Assembly: GCA_964464605.1 (NCBI GenBank) | Contig: CAYXJN010000005.1 | Location: 186,001 to 250,000 of the forward strand | Length of the DNA: 64,000 bases | Direction: 5' to 3' | Source: an uncultured Ignavibacteriales bacterium | GTDB taxonomy: Bacteria; Zixibacteria; MSB-5A5; GN15; FEB-12 | Shown here: piece by piece, positions 46,583-57,511 of the stretch | Position numbering within the stretch: the first letter of the stretch is position 1 | Layout: each line of letters starts with the position of its first letter | Position numbers and translations under genes: made by a program | Notes under the pieces: model-generated | Databases searched by the model: none | Told to the model about the DNA's origin: nothing | What the model saw: only the letters and a program-made list of their open reading frames with translations

Positions 46583-48202
46583 TCACCGGACAAATCGAGT
46601 TGGGTCGGTAATTGCGCCGTTGATTGCTGAAACCACAGCGGTTGCAACCGAAGCAAGATAGATATCGCCGTTGGCGGTGGTGCGATCCTGATGCATTACT
46701 CTTCCCGCAGTCGTCAGGCAGCGTTCACCGTTCGGCAGTTGATGCAGCAGTTTTTCCGCCCACAAATCAGTACCAGGAAACAACACAACCGCGCCGGCAT
46801 CGACGAAGATGCGGATTAATCCTTTTTTCAATGCTTCCAAATAAACAGAACGGGTGGCAGGGCAGATATAGGTGCGGCAATCCGCGTTAACTTTTTTGTT
46901 TTTCAACAAATCGGCAGCTAAACGAAGATCTTCGAAGCGTCCGTTGCTGTTGGTACCGACAATAACCTGCGAAATCGAAGTTCCTTCCAATTCCGCGACC
47001 GGTTTAATCGCCAATGCTTTACCGAGCAAAGCGGCTTTCGGTGTCAGATTATCGACATTGACCTGATACCGGTCATCGTAGCTGGCATCTTTGTCGGAAA
47101 CTTGCGGCTGATATTGTCCGGAGCCGCGTCCGGTGAGAAAGCGGCGGATAATCGAATCAAACGGACAGAGTGCCGTGATCCCACCCAAGTGCTGCGCCAA
47201 TTCAGCAATCGTGATTCGTTCGGCAAGCGTCATATGCGAAACGACCGTGCCGGATAATTCGATGACTTTGCCGGTAGCAGCATCGCCGAGAAGACGGATA
47301 ACATCTAATTCGATATCCCGTGCTGTCAGACCGCGGGGACGACGTCCCGATATATCAACGTAAATGGTCTGCGGAACGGTCACGCGCGCTTTGCCGGTTG
47401 CTATCAGCTGCCCCATATGATCAGACTCATGCGGCATTGCTAAACAGCCCATAGCGCCACAAGCGGCAGTTGAAGCATGGATCGCCAAATCAAGCTGGCC
47501 GGGGAGAACATGCCCATGTTCCAATGCTAATTGTTCGATTGCCCCTTCGCCGGCATCGAAAAGCCGTTTGATCCCCTGTTTTTTCGCAAAGTCACGGATA
47601 ACGGAGATTCGCTCCGGTGCATTACCATTCAGCGAGGCAAGCGATCCGGTGCGCATAACAATGCGATTCGGGTTCCAGACATACTCAACTCCCGCTTTAC
47701 GAAACTGCTCGACTGCGAGTCCTGCTTTTTCACCGATAACGACCAGATGCGGCTCGACCGTGATTTCCTGTCCGGGTTCGGTTTTATCGATGCCAGCGGC
47801 TTTGGCTAAAATTTTCTGCGCGATAGTCTGCTGGCCAAAGAGCGAGGGTGTATTCGTCGGAAGTTTGACGCCGGGTAAGTTGAGTTCAAGCTGTTCGAGT
47901 TTAAGAAAATCCGGTTTCTGGCGGATGCCATACCGGCGACGCCAATTGTAGAAAGCGGCTTTCGAGATACCTAATTCGAGGCCGCATTTGTCATCATCTC
48001 CAAACCGCTCCCATAAGGTCAGGATTTCTTTTTCAGAAAATTTCGGCTGAGAGTGTTTGGCGATATGTTTTTTTCGCCGCCAATACGCGACTAAGTAGGC
48101 CGGGACGCCGCCAAGCCGCTCGCCGATTTTTTCATCAGTCTTGTACAGCTTCTGCAGTTGCGCGAGGTCGGATTTGGAAGGGGCGCGACGTTTCGGGCTC
48201 AT
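46583..48202 (-). CDS. Aconitase/LeuC-family large-subunit homologue lacking Fe-S cysteines, with two N-terminal HTH repeats
   Basis: QTIAQKILAKAAG, GHVLPG, MTLAERITI, GTNSNGRFEDL, YLASVATAV.SAI.G.ITDP; N-terminal HTH-like repeats. Confidence 0.85.
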   Translation of the reverse strand: MSPKRRAPSKSDLAQLQKLYKTDEKIGERLGGVPAYLVAYWRRKKHIAKHSQPKFSEKEILTLWERFGDDDKCGLELGISKAAFYNWRRRYGIRQKPDFLKLEQLELNLPGVKLPTNTPSLFGQQTIAQKILAKAAGIDKTEPGQEITVEPHLVVIGEKAGLAVEQFRKAGVEYVWNPNRIVMRTGSLASLNGNAPERISVIRDFAKKQGIKRLFDAGEGAIEQLALEHGHVLPGQLDLAIHASTAACGAMGCLAMPHESDHMGQLIATGKARVTVPQTIYVDISGRRPRGLTARDIELDVIRLLGDAATGKVIELSGTVVSHMTLAERITIAELAQHLGGITALCPFDSIIRRFLTGRGSGQYQPQVSDKDASYDDRYQVNVDNLTPKAALLGKALAIKPVAELEGTSISQVIVGTNSNGRFEDLRLAADLLKNKKVNADCRTYICPATRSVYLEALKKGLIRIFVDAGAVVLFPGTDLWAEKLLHQLPNGERCLTTAGRVMHQDRTTANGDIYLASVATAVVSAINGAITDPTRFVR

Positions 48203-48687
48203 CGCTTGGCAAACCCTTTCTTAAGCGCGTCGTACATCGGTTCAAGCGGGACGGAAATAACTTTGGTCTGTCCGAATACCGGCATGAAATTGGTGTCGCC
48301 GATCCAGCGGGGGACAATATGCATATGCAGATGCCCCGGAATTCCGGCACCGGATGCTTTCCCCAGATTCATGCCGAGATTCAGCGAATGCGGCCTGAGC
48401 GCCTTTTTCATCACTTTGACCGCTTTTTGGGTAAGCGAGAAAAACTCCTGCGCTTCTTTGGGTGTCAGCTTTTCAATATCGCCGACATGCCGCTTAGGCA
48501 CCACCATCGAATGGCCGGAGTTGTACGGGTATTTATTCAAGATTACGACACAGTAGCGTCCGCGATAAACAACCAAGTTTTCCGGCGAGTCTTTCATTTT
48601 CAACCGCTTGCAAAAGACACAGCCGGTTTCTTTTTTGCCTTTGACAAAGCTGATCCGCCAGGGAGCCCATAAGATATTATCTGCCAT
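48199..48687 (-). CDS. HIT-family hydrolase (Ap4A phosphorylase/Fhit-like)
   Basis: LWAPWR, CVFC, NKYPYNSGH, HLHMHIVPRW.GD.NF. Confidence 0.93.
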   Translation of the reverse strand: MADNILWAPWRISFVKGKKETGCVFCKRLKMKDSPENLVVYRGRYCVVILNKYPYNSGHSMVVPKRHVGDIEKLTPKEAQEFFSLTQKAVKVMKKALRPHSLNLGMNLGKASGAGIPGHLHMHIVPRWIGDTNFMPVFGQTKVISVPLEPMYDALKKGFAKR

Positions 48688-48833
48688 AGGGCTGGAAGAT
48701 AGCGGCTTTGGCAGGATTTGCCAATGTGTCCCAAAAAGATAATCAGTTTTTTCTTAATCTATTGCATTTCAATGAGTTAATAGGCGAATTCTGAGTGTGG
48801 GTAACATCGCTCGTATCTCAAAGAAGGATATAC

Positions 48834-49133
48834 TTATCCACATTTTGCTTTTTGCCAGTTTGCTATAATCGCCGCAATTGCGGATGGAATCCACTCGGCA
48901 AAGCGGTTGTCATGGTAGACTAAAAAGCAGCGCGCCTGCTTGTATATCAAAGTAGCTTCCAGTGTACCGCTTTCAGTGCCAGACTTTAGATGCCAATGTA
49001 CGGATCCGGGGATTGTTTTGAGCGTACCGCGGGATGCGATGGTCAGCCCGCATGATTTAACGGTTCCTTCAAATTGGGTGATGAGTTGTTTCTCGGAGCA
49101 GTTTTTCGGAATCGGCAGGTCGAACGTTTTCAT
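48834..49133 (-). CDS. Hypothetical protein
   Basis: 99-aa ORF with ATGA overlap to the upstream gene. Confidence 0.6.
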   Translation of the reverse strand: MKTFDLPIPKNCSEKQLITQFEGTVKSCGLTIASRGTLKTIPGSVHWHLKSGTESGTLEATLIYKQARCFLVYHDNRFAEWIPSAIAAIIANWQKAKCG

Positions 49134-49867
49134 TTCAACTTTTGCAGTGTGATGCTGCTGCTCACCATTTTAGCGTAGGTGAAATGGTGAATAAAATCGC
49201 CAGTGTTGATATAGGTCTTTCCGTCGAACTGTTTTTCGACCGGCAAGTGCAGATGTCCCAACAGCACAATATCGTATCCCGATTCCAGTTTCGTTTTCGC
49301 GTACTGTTCGTAGTCGGGTGCGAAGCGATAGTCCCGCCCCGGATTATGACCGCGCGATGTCTTTGAAATCCGTTTCGCGAAGTTGGTAGCAAACCCGGCG
49401 GGGAGCAGGCTATACAACCAGATACAAAACCGGTTACGGAAAATCGATTTCATAATCCGGTATCCTTTGTCGGCGGGTGCGAGGCCATCCCCATGAATGC
49501 AGTGAATTCGTTTGCCGTTTCGTATTACATCAAACGCATCCCGGTGAATCGGAATGTCTAACTGTTTCGGAAAATAATCTTCCATCCAGAAATCATGATT
49601 GCCGCAGATATAATCGATCGTGATACCGCTTTTTCGTAAATCAGTGAGCATCGAAAGGATTCGGGAATGTTCTTTGGGAATCGGGAAACCATATTCGAAC
49701 CAGAAATCGAACAGGTCACCCAAAATAATCAGCCGGTCCCCATCCTGTTTGATGAGCGCGAACAACCGGGCGATAGCATCGAGTTTGATTTGTTCCTGCG
49801 CCGGGTCTTCACCGCCAAGATGAACATCGGAGAATACGTACAGCGCTTTGGATGACTGCTCGCTCAT
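49130..49867 (-). CDS. lpxH: UDP-2,3-diacylglucosamine diphosphatase (LpxH-like metallophosphoesterase)
   Basis: SDVHLG, LGDLFDFW, GNHDFW, HGD, GHLH. Confidence 0.82.
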   Translation of the reverse strand: MSEQSSKALYVFSDVHLGGEDPAQEQIKLDAIARLFALIKQDGDRLIILGDLFDFWFEYGFPIPKEHSRILSMLTDLRKSGITIDYICGNHDFWMEDYFPKQLDIPIHRDAFDVIRNGKRIHCIHGDGLAPADKGYRIMKSIFRNRFCIWLYSLLPAGFATNFAKRISKTSRGHNPGRDYRFAPDYEQYAKTKLESGYDIVLLGHLHLPVEKQFDGKTYINTGDFIHHFTYAKMVSSSITLQKLK

Positions 49868-49883
49868 AGAGCAAACCGACGTT

Positions 49884-52121
49884 CTACGCGACTTTTTCCA
49901 TTAGGCGCTGCAGCGAAAAGAAATAGCGATCGGCTAACTGAGAAAGCGGGAGATCAATCAACCCCTTAATCGTAAATCGATCTCCGCCGACTGTGCCGAT
50001 TTCAGCACATGGGATGTTCTGTTTGCTAAAATGCGCTTTGACAGTTGCGGTATCGGATGCGGAGCAGCTAATCACGATTCGGGACTGCGCTTCACCGAAT
50101 AAGAGTGCATCCGGGCGGATAGAATCATTCAGCGTAATCGTTGCGCCGACCGGATATTCTTGATTTGCCAGACAGCTTTCAGCGAGTGCAACTGCAAGAC
50201 CGCCTTCGGAGCAATCATGCGCAGATTTAATGACACCGTTTTGAATCGCCGAAAGTAATGAATCCTGCATCTGTTTTTCGAATTTCAAGTCGAGTGTCGG
50301 CACATCGCCGCGGGTTTGATTGAAAATGGTATGCAGGTATTCTGATGCACCGAGATAATCTGTGTTCGTCCCGAGCAGTAAAATAACATCACCTTCATGG
50401 CTGAATGCCTGGGTGGTGATATGGTCGATATCTTCGACCAGGCCGATCATACCGATTGTCGGGGTCGGGAACACGGCACGGGTCGGGTCTTCATTATAGA
50501 ATGAGACATTACCACCAGTTACCGGTGTGCTAAATGTGCGGCAGGATTCTCCCATACCGGCGATTGCTTCGGCGAATTGATAATAGATTTCAGGCTTGTA
50601 CGGATTGCCGAAATTCAGGCAATTGGTAACAGCCAATGGCTGTCCACCGGCGCAGACGATATTGCGCGCTGCTTCTGCGACTGCGCTCTTTGCGCCGACA
50701 CGAGGGTTCAGATAGACAAATCGTCCGTTGCAGTCGGTAGTCATCGCCAATGCTTTACGGGAGTGGCGCAGGCGAAGAATAGCAGCATCGGAACCGGGAC
50801 CAACGGCCGTGTTGGTTTGCACCATCGAATCATACTGTCGGAACACCCATTGTTTATGACAAATGTTCGGTGAGCCGAGCATGCGCAAGAGTACGTCATT
50901 CCAATTTTGATTTTGTGGATACTCTGCCGGATTCAGTTTGTGCAAATCATTCAGATATGCCGGTTGTCTCGTTTCCCGTTTGTATACCGGCGCGCCGCCA
51001 CCGAGCACTAATGAGTCCGGAGGAATCTGCGCGACAATGTCGCCATTTAGTTTGACTGTCATCTTTTTGTCGTTCGTGACTTTGCCGACAACAGCGGAAT
51101 CCAGACCCCATTTATCGAATATCTCTTTGACCCGTTTTTCTTTTCCGGCTTTCACGCAGACTAACATCCGCTCCTGCGATTCAGACAACATGATTTCATA
51201 CGGCGTCATCTTCGCTTCGCGAACCGGAACCGCTTCGATATTTATTTCGATTCCACATTCCCCCTTGGCGGACATTTCCGATGAGGAACAGGTCAATCCG
51301 GCAGCGCCCATATCCTGAATACCGACGATTAAGTCTTCATCGATAATTTCAAGCGTCGCTTCCAAGAGCAGTTTTTCCGTGAACGGATCGCCAATTTGTA
51401 CCGAGGGGCGTTTGGATTCGGATTTTTCGCTGATTTCCTCCGATGCGAACGTCGCGCCGTGGATACCATCCCGGCCCGTTTTAGAACCGACGATCATGAT
51501 CGGATTATTTTCCCCTTTGGCAATTGCTTTCGCCATTTTTTTCGGGTTGACGACGCCGACTGACATCGCATTGACCAGCGGGTTGCCGGTGTAGGCTTCA
51601 TCAAAGTAGACTTCACCGCCGACAGTAGGCACACCAAATGAATTGCCGTAATCTCCGATTCCGCGCACAACACCATCAACCAAGTAACGCACCCGCGCAT
51701 TTTCGGGCGAACCAAAGCGAAGTGAATTCAAACAAGCGATTGGGCGGGCGCCCATGGTAAAAATATCCCGCATAATCCCACCGACACCAGTTGCGGCACC
51801 CTGGTATGGCTCAACTGCCGACGGGTGATTGTGCGATTCGATTTTGAATACGACGGCGGTGTTGTCGCCGATATCGATCGCACCGGCGTTTTCTTCACCA
51901 GCTTTAGCCAGCAGGCGTTCGCCATCGCGGGGAAGAGTTTTAAGCTGCAAGATTGAATTTTTATATGAGCAATGTTCCGACCACATCACCGAAAAAATTC
52001 CGAGTTCGGTAAAATTCGGGTCCCGCCCCAGTATCTTTTTTATCATGTCGAATTCTTCGGGGGAGATGCCATGTTTGGCGACAATTTCCGGTGTGACAGT
52101 CGGTTGTGTATATGCGGACAT
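49884..52121 (-). CDS. purL: Phosphoribosylformylglycinamidine synthase subunit PurL (small type)
   Basis: [45 protein letters not shown]. Confidence 0.98.
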   Translation of the reverse strand: MSAYTQPTVTPEIVAKHGISPEEFDMIKKILGRDPNFTELGIFSVMWSEHCSYKNSILQLKTLPRDGERLLAKAGEENAGAIDIGDNTAVVFKIESHNHPSAVEPYQGAATGVGGIMRDIFTMGARPIACLNSLRFGSPENARVRYLVDGVVRGIGDYGNSFGVPTVGGEVYFDEAYTGNPLVNAMSVGVVNPKKMAKAIAKGENNPIMIVGSKTGRDGIHGATFASEEISEKSESKRPSVQIGDPFTEKLLLEATLEIIDEDLIVGIQDMGAAGLTCSSSEMSAKGECGIEINIEAVPVREAKMTPYEIMLSESQERMLVCVKAGKEKRVKEIFDKWGLDSAVVGKVTNDKKMTVKLNGDIVAQIPPDSLVLGGGAPVYKRETRQPAYLNDLHKLNPAEYPQNQNWNDVLLRMLGSPNICHKQWVFRQYDSMVQTNTAVGPGSDAAILRLRHSRKALAMTTDCNGRFVYLNPRVGAKSAVAEAARNIVCAGGQPLAVTNCLNFGNPYKPEIYYQFAEAIAGMGESCRTFSTPVTGGNVSFYNEDPTRAVFPTPTIGMIGLVEDIDHITTQAFSHEGDVILLLGTNTDYLGASEYLHTIFNQTRGDVPTLDLKFEKQMQDSLLSAIQNGVIKSAHDCSEGGLAVALAESCLANQEYPVGATITLNDSIRPDALLFGEAQSRIVISCSASDTATVKAHFSKQNIPCAEIGTVGGDRFTIKGLIDLPLSQLADRYFFSLQRLMEKVA

Positions 52122-52179
52122 TCGGCTCCTTGGTTAGAGGAGGAAGATAAAATTAGGGAAGAGCCGGGTCAAGTGGCGG

Positions 52180-52830
52180 TTAGACAGTGGAGGAAGGGCA
52201 GATATCGTTCAGTTTACAATGCGGGCAATCCGGTTTGCGCGCTTTGCAAATCGCGCGGCCATGATAAATCATCAGATGCGAATAGATAATCCAATCTTTT
52301 TTCGCGACAAGTTCCATAAGATCACGTTCAACTTTGACCGGATCGGTTTCTTTGGTGAACCCAAGCAGTCGGCTGATACGACCGACATGGGTATCGACTA
52401 CCACCCCTTCTTCGATTCCGTATCCGACGCCTAAAATAACCGAGGCGGTTTTGCGGCCGACTCCGGCGAGTTTGGTCAGTTCGGTAATTGTTTTCGGAAT
52501 TTTGCCGTCATGCTCATCGAGCAGCTGCTGAGCAGATTTTTTTATCGACTTCGCTTTGCTGTTGAAGAAACCGGTCTGGCGAATATCCTGTCCCAGTTCA
52601 TTCACATCAGCATCGGCAAATGATTTGATAGATGTATACTTTTTGAATAATGCTGGAGTAGTTAGATTCACCCGTTCATCGGTGCATTGAGCGGAAAGAA
52701 TAGTAGCGACCATCAACTGATGCACCGTCGAAAAATTGAGCGAACACTTGGCGTCCGGGTACATCTTTTTCAAACGCGTTACAACCGTTGCAGCCCGCTT
52801 TTTCTTTTCCTCTTTCGATTCACGCGGCAT
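52180..52830 (-). CDS. nth: Endonuclease III
   Basis: ILSAQCTDERVN, HhH GVGRKTA, VDTHV, C-x6-C-x2-C-x5-C. Confidence 0.97.
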   Translation of the reverse strand: MPRESKEEKKKRAATVVTRLKKMYPDAKCSLNFSTVHQLMVATILSAQCTDERVNLTTPALFKKYTSIKSFADADVNELGQDIRQTGFFNSKAKSIKKSAQQLLDEHDGKIPKTITELTKLAGVGRKTASVILGVGYGIEEGVVVDTHVGRISRLLGFTKETDPVKVERDLMELVAKKDWIIYSHLMIYHGRAICKARKPDCPHCKLNDICPSSTV

Positions 52831-52833
52831 CTG

Positions 52834-53706
52834 TCACGCTCCGCACTGCAAGAGAACTACCCGATCAATATCGTTTAAGTCACGCAAAATAGAAATAGAG
52901 GTATACCGCTCATCGGTGGCCGTCAATGCAGCAACTTTGTCTGCCTGATCATACCCGATCTCAAAAGCGAGTAGACCGCCAGGGGCAAGGTAGTTGGGGG
53001 CATCACGAACGATCTGTTTGATAATGTCCATTCCTTCCGGGCCGGATGTGAGAGAAATTTTGGGATCAGCAAGTACTTCCGGCGGAAGCCCTGAGTACAT
53101 CGGCTCGGCAATGTAAGGGGGATTGGATAAAATCAAATCGAAGCGTTCATCTTTTTTAAGTGCGACAAACAGATCCGATTGTCGAAATTCGATTCGGTTT
53201 TCAACACCTAAGGTTTTGGCGTTTCGCCTGGCGACGGTTAGAGCATCCTCTGAAATATCAAGCGCGGTAGTATTTGCGTCTGGAACTTCGGCGGTCATTG
53301 TAACGGCAATCACGCCAGAACCGGTGCCGATGTCTAAAATCTTTGGAGCCTTCATCTGCTCTTTTTTAATAAAGGTAATCGCGGTTTCGCAGAGCAATTC
53401 GGTTTCGGGAGTCGGAATCATAACAGCCGGAGATACAAAAAACGTTCGATCGTAAAACCACATAGCTTCTAAAATATATTGCAGCGGATAGCGCGTAGCG
53501 CGGCGTTGAACAATCTCTTTACACTTTGCTTCGATTTCAGGCGTGACTAACACTTCTGCATGCAGAAACAATTGCAACCGTTCGCAGTCGAGCAGGTGGC
53601 AAAGAATAATAACCACTTCGACACGCCCACCTTCGATACCGACGTCGATTAAGAGCTGCCCCTGTTCAACAAGGAATTGATTGAGATTAAAACGACGGAC
53701 GGGCAT
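52834..53706 (-). CDS. prmC: Release factor glutamine methyltransferase
   Basis: PLQYI, IP.PETE, DIGTGSG, SNPPY; downstream of prfA. Confidence 0.96.
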   Translation of the reverse strand: MPVRRFNLNQFLVEQGQLLIDVGIEGGRVEVVIILCHLLDCERLQLFLHAEVLVTPEIEAKCKEIVQRRATRYPLQYILEAMWFYDRTFFVSPAVMIPTPETELLCETAITFIKKEQMKAPKILDIGTGSGVIAVTMTAEVPDANTTALDISEDALTVARRNAKTLGVENRIEFRQSDLFVALKKDERFDLILSNPPYIAEPMYSGLPPEVLADPKISLTSGPEGMDIIKQIVRDAPNYLAPGGLLAFEIGYDQADKVAALTATDERYTSISILRDLNDIDRVVLLQCGA

Positions 53707-53723
53707 ACACTAAACTATATCGC

Positions 53724-54806
53724 TCAGGTCGCAAGGGCAGAGGTTTCGAATTTAAGACGTTCTTCCTGATCGTGGCGGCGCAGGGCTTCAATCATTTCGC
53801 CGATTTCCCCTTCCATAAAACTTTCCAGCTGGTAAATCGTCAGACCGATACGGTGATCAGTGATTCGTGACTGCGGATAATTGTACGTGCGGATTTTTGC
53901 AGAACGATCTCCGGTTACTACCATCGATTTACGTTCAGCCGACATTTTTGCCTGCTGTTCAGCAATTTTAATATCGAGCAACCGGGAGCGAAGCACTTTC
54001 AATGCTTTCTGTTTGTTCTTCAACTGTGATTTTTCATCCTGACAGGTAACGACAAGATTAGTCGGTAGGTGCGTGATACGAACGGCTGAGTCGGTCGTAT
54101 TCACCGACTGTCCACCGGGGCCGGAAGAGCGATACACGTCTATTTTGATTTCACTGTCTTTAATCTGGATATCCACTTCTTCCGCTTCCGGCAGCACGAC
54201 CACGGAAATCGCGGAGGTGTGGATTCTTCCCTGTGTTTCGGTATCTGGAACGCGCTGAACACGATGCACCCCGGATTCATATTTCATAGTTCCATAGGCG
54301 TCATCCCCTTCGAGCGAAAAAATAATTTCTTTGAATCCACCCATACCGGAATCACTTGAGGAAAGTATTTCGAGTTTCCAGCCGCGCATGTCGACATACT
54401 TGGAATACATGCGGAAAATATCGCCGACAAAAATCGCCGCTTCATCACCACCCGTTCCGGCGCGGACTTCGACAATAGCGGTTTTGTTATCGTTCGGGTC
54501 TTTCGGCAGTAGTTTGATGCGGAATGCTTCGGTGATATCGGTCACTTCCCCTTCGTATTTCGCCAGTTCCTCTTTGGCCATGGCGATCATGTCCGGATCA
54601 TTTTCGGTGCGGATAATCTCTTTCGCTTCGGAAATGCCGTTCACCACTTCACGATATTTGCGGCCGGTAGCAAGGGTGTCTTCCAGCTGACGGCGTTCCC
54701 GCTGCAGTTGAATCAATTGTTTTTGATTCGCCAGGTTTTCCGGCAGAATCATCTGCTCATCTATCCAGACTAACCGCTGTTCTAATTTGTCGACCATTTC
54801 AAGCAT
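53724..54806 (-). CDS. prfA: Peptide chain release factor 1
   Basis: HRVQRVPDTE (PxT), GGQ, RTYNYPQ. Confidence 0.97.
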   Translation of the reverse strand: MLEMVDKLEQRLVWIDEQMILPENLANQKQLIQLQRERRQLEDTLATGRKYREVVNGISEAKEIIRTENDPDMIAMAKEELAKYEGEVTDITEAFRIKLLPKDPNDNKTAIVEVRAGTGGDEAAIFVGDIFRMYSKYVDMRGWKLEILSSSDSGMGGFKEIIFSLEGDDAYGTMKYESGVHRVQRVPDTETQGRIHTSAISVVVLPEAEEVDIQIKDSEIKIDVYRSSGPGGQSVNTTDSAVRITHLPTNLVVTCQDEKSQLKNKQKALKVLRSRLLDIKIAEQQAKMSAERKSMVVTGDRSAKIRTYNYPQSRITDHRIGLTIYQLESFMEGEIGEMIEALRRHDQEERLKFETSALAT

Positions 54807-54879
54807 ATACGAAAAGTACCATTCTTCCTTTCAACAGAGAAATCAAATTTTGGTGAAGTACGGAGAATAAAAACAGTAG

Positions 54880-55842
54880 CTAAGCGGGAGAGGAAAGCAC
54901 AACCGACTGATTCGAATTTGTTTTGCCCAACGCAGCTTCAAGCGCAACAATAGCAACTTCCAACTGCTCTTTGTTTGGTTCTTTGGTCGTAATGCGCTGT
55001 AACCATAAACCGGGGGCAATTAACAAACGAACAATCGGGTTATCGCTCGTTTTGGCGGAGAATTTCAAAAGTTCATACGATCCTCCGGCCACAAGCGGCA
55101 GAAGGGCAAAATGGACGGCGAAGCGCTCAAGCAAGCTTGGCGCATGGCCAGCGATAAGGGCAAAAATGGTATCGGCTATTGCATAGACCAAAATCGCACT
55201 CAGGGCAACGATCAAAATAAATGAGGTTCCGCAGCGGGGATGAAACCGGGTGCAGCGCGCGGCGTTTTCGGGGGTGAGGGACATAGAGTTTTCAAACGCG
55301 GCAATCGTTTTGTGTTCGGCGCCATGATACTCAAACACACGCTGGATTTCTTTTGAAAGAGAAATCAGCCACATGTAGATAATAATCATGGTCAAGCGAA
55401 CCGTTCCGGAAAGCAGGTTAAACCCGAGCGCTTCTTCTTTTACGCCGAACAGAGAGGCTATCCAGAGCGGAATGAAGAAAAACAGAAATACACCCAAGCC
55501 CAAAGCGAGGGTCATACTAAGAATAATCGAAATCGTGGAAGTCTTTTTAACTTTCGGTACTTCACCGCTCGCCGTTTGCGAATCGGTATCGGCGGTGCTG
55601 ACGGCAACTTCAGCTGAAAAATTGAGCGTACTGATTCCGATAATTAGCATTTCGAAAAATGCGACCGCACCCCGAATGACCGGGTAGGATAGCAGCTTGT
55701 AGCGTCTAGTCAGCGAGACGTACGATTCATTGCGCAGGGTGATACGCCCATCCGGCAGACGAACCGCAGTAGCGATTCGATCACCGGAGCGCATCATCAC
55801 ACCTTCAATGACCGCTTGCCCGCCAACCGCAAAATCAGGCAT
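54880..55842 (-). CDS. DUF1385 family membrane protein
   Basis: GGQAVIEGVMM, YHGAEHK, HPRCGTSF, LQRITTKEP. Confidence 0.93.
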   Translation of the reverse strand: MPDFAVGGQAVIEGVMMRSGDRIATAVRLPDGRITLRNESYVSLTRRYKLLSYPVIRGAVAFFEMLIIGISTLNFSAEVAVSTADTDSQTASGEVPKVKKTSTISIILSMTLALGLGVFLFFFIPLWIASLFGVKEEALGFNLLSGTVRLTMIIIYMWLISLSKEIQRVFEYHGAEHKTIAAFENSMSLTPENAARCTRFHPRCGTSFILIVALSAILVYAIADTIFALIAGHAPSLLERFAVHFALLPLVAGGSYELLKFSAKTSDNPIVRLLIAPGLWLQRITTKEPNKEQLEVAIVALEAALGKTNSNQSVVLSSPA

Positions 55843-55874
55843 TAGTACTCCGCAAAAAAAAGCGGCTGAGCCGC

Positions 55875-56084
55875 TTATTCTTTGGCTTTAAGATTGTATT
55901 TACGACGGAACCGGTCAACGCGTCCGGCCGTATCCATCAGCTTCTGCTTACCGGTAAAAAAGGGATGGCAGTTGCTGCAGATTTCAACGTGAATCGTTTT
56001 CTTGGTGGAACGATTCGGGTAGGTAGCTCCGCATGCGCACTGGATAACCAGTTCGTTGTACTGCGGATGAATTCCAGCTTTCAC
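55875..56084 (-). CDS. rpmE: 50S ribosomal protein L31 (Zn-binding type)
   Basis: [26 protein letters not shown]. Confidence 0.97.
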   Translation of the reverse strand: MKAGIHPQYNELVIQCACGATYPNRSTKKTIHVEICSNCHPFFTGKQKLMDTAGRVDRFRRKYNLKAKE

Positions 56085-56244
56085 AAAAACACCTCGTATT
56101 ATCAGTTAACACACATTCGGTCTAATTTCGAGCCGCCAATATAGTAAACAATCCCCGGTTCCGCAACCCGCAGAGGACGGTGACTAAATAAAGCGAAGTC
56201 AGTCTCTGGTCGATCCTAATGCACTACCAGACAACAGGATACGG

Positions 56245-56901
56245 CTATTTTAGGCTTAGGACGGTCGACCAGTAGTAGGTTCCGTAGACTAAGGACTCGA
56301 TTGTATAGTGAGGGGAGAGCAAGTCGCGCAGTTCCGATTCGTCGAAATAGTTTTTCACGATAACAAATTCCCGGCCATCATTCAGGCGACGAGTCTTCCG
56401 GTTATTACCGAATTGATCAGTCCCAATCGAGTCATGCGTTACCCCTTCGGCAGGCGGGTTATTATCGATCATCCAGATTTTTCCGCCGGTGGCGACTTGT
56501 TTATTCAACAACGCATACAACTGCTCAAAATTTTGTTTTGGATGGTGCGAGTACCAAAAGCCTAACGCCACGATATCAAACTTTTCAGAAAAAGCAGCAA
56601 GGTTGCTCATGTCGGCGACAATAAACTGCACCGGGCAGCGGTGCTGTTTCTGTTTTGCTTCTTCGATCATTTCCGGCGCGATATCGGTAGCCACGATTGA
56701 TTTCGCGGTACGGGACATAACTTCCGTCCAGTACCCGGTGCCACACGCGATTTCCAGCACGGTTTTGCCAATGACGCGATTTTCTAGCCGCTGTGCCTCA
56801 TCATCGATCTCTTTTCGACGCACAGGGTTGTCACGGTAATAAATCTGTTCGTATTCACCGGCGCGCTCCCGATAATATTTGACGATATCGGCATCAGCCA
56901 T
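56245..56901 (-). CDS. Class I SAM-dependent methyltransferase
   Basis: YY.ERA.EY, VLEIACGTGYWT. Confidence 0.9.
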   Translation of the reverse strand: MADADIVKYYRERAGEYEQIYYRDNPVRRKEIDDEAQRLENRVIGKTVLEIACGTGYWTEVMSRTAKSIVATDIAPEMIEEAKQKQHRCPVQFIVADMSNLAAFSEKFDIVALGFWYSHHPKQNFEQLYALLNKQVATGGKIWMIDNNPPAEGVTHDSIGTDQFGNNRKTRRLNDGREFVIVKNYFDESELRDLLSPHYTIESLVYGTYYWSTVLSLK

Positions 56902-57511
56902 GGTTACTCCGTATCTGTTGCGCTAATTTTTTCCCGAGTTCATCTGCTTCGTGCAATTTCACATCGTCATCCGCTACCTGTCCGAATCCACGTGAGTCGG
57001 GAGGGACATATTGAATAATGCCGAAACTTTCGACTTCAATCCACTTGAAAAAACCGACAACCGTGCGGCGTGAACCCTCAATCCAGGGGTCCCCGCCGAC
57101 AAAGATCATTGCCCCCGGCCGTTTATGCTGCGGCAAGAGTTTGATAAAATCATGGTGTGGGTCTTTGTTTTCGAAGTCGTACGGGCGGAAACAGTTACAG
57201 CGGTCGATAAATGCTTTGGCTTGTGCAGAAACATTGTCGAAGTAAATCGGACTGCCGAACAACAGACAATCGCATTCCACTACCTCTTTATACAGCGGGT
57301 CGAGGTCGTGATAAAAACACCACTCGGGAGTGGGAGCGCGTCCGCATGCTTGGCAGGGGATAAAGGCCGTTTCCGCAAGGCGAATGAAATTGACTGATGC
57401 TTCCATATCAGGCGCGAGTTCTTTCACGATGGTATTCCCCAAACGATCGAGCAGAATATCAGTCGAGGCGTCTTTGGTTGGGGAGCCAGATAAGGAAAGA
57501 ATCTTAACCAT
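56894..57511 (-). CDS. Flavodoxin-like / iron-sulfur flavoprotein family protein
   Basis: SGSP, CQAC, GSPIYF.NVSAQ.K.FIDR. Confidence 0.85.
   Translation of the reverse strand: MVKILSLSGSPTKDASTDILLDRLGNTIVKELAPDMEASVNFIRLAETAFIPCQACGRAPTPEWCFYHDLDPLYKEVVECDCLLFGSPIYFDNVSAQAKAFIDRCNCFRPYDFENKDPHHDFIKLLPQHKRPGAMIFVGGDPWIEGSRRTVVGFFKWIEVESFGIIQYVPPDSRGFGQVADDDVKLHEADELGKKLAQQIRSNHG

Noticed and set aside
53724..54806. Programmed frameshift in the release factor gene
   Set aside because: It is RF1 (PxT motif) with a continuous ORF; the frameshift applies to prfB.
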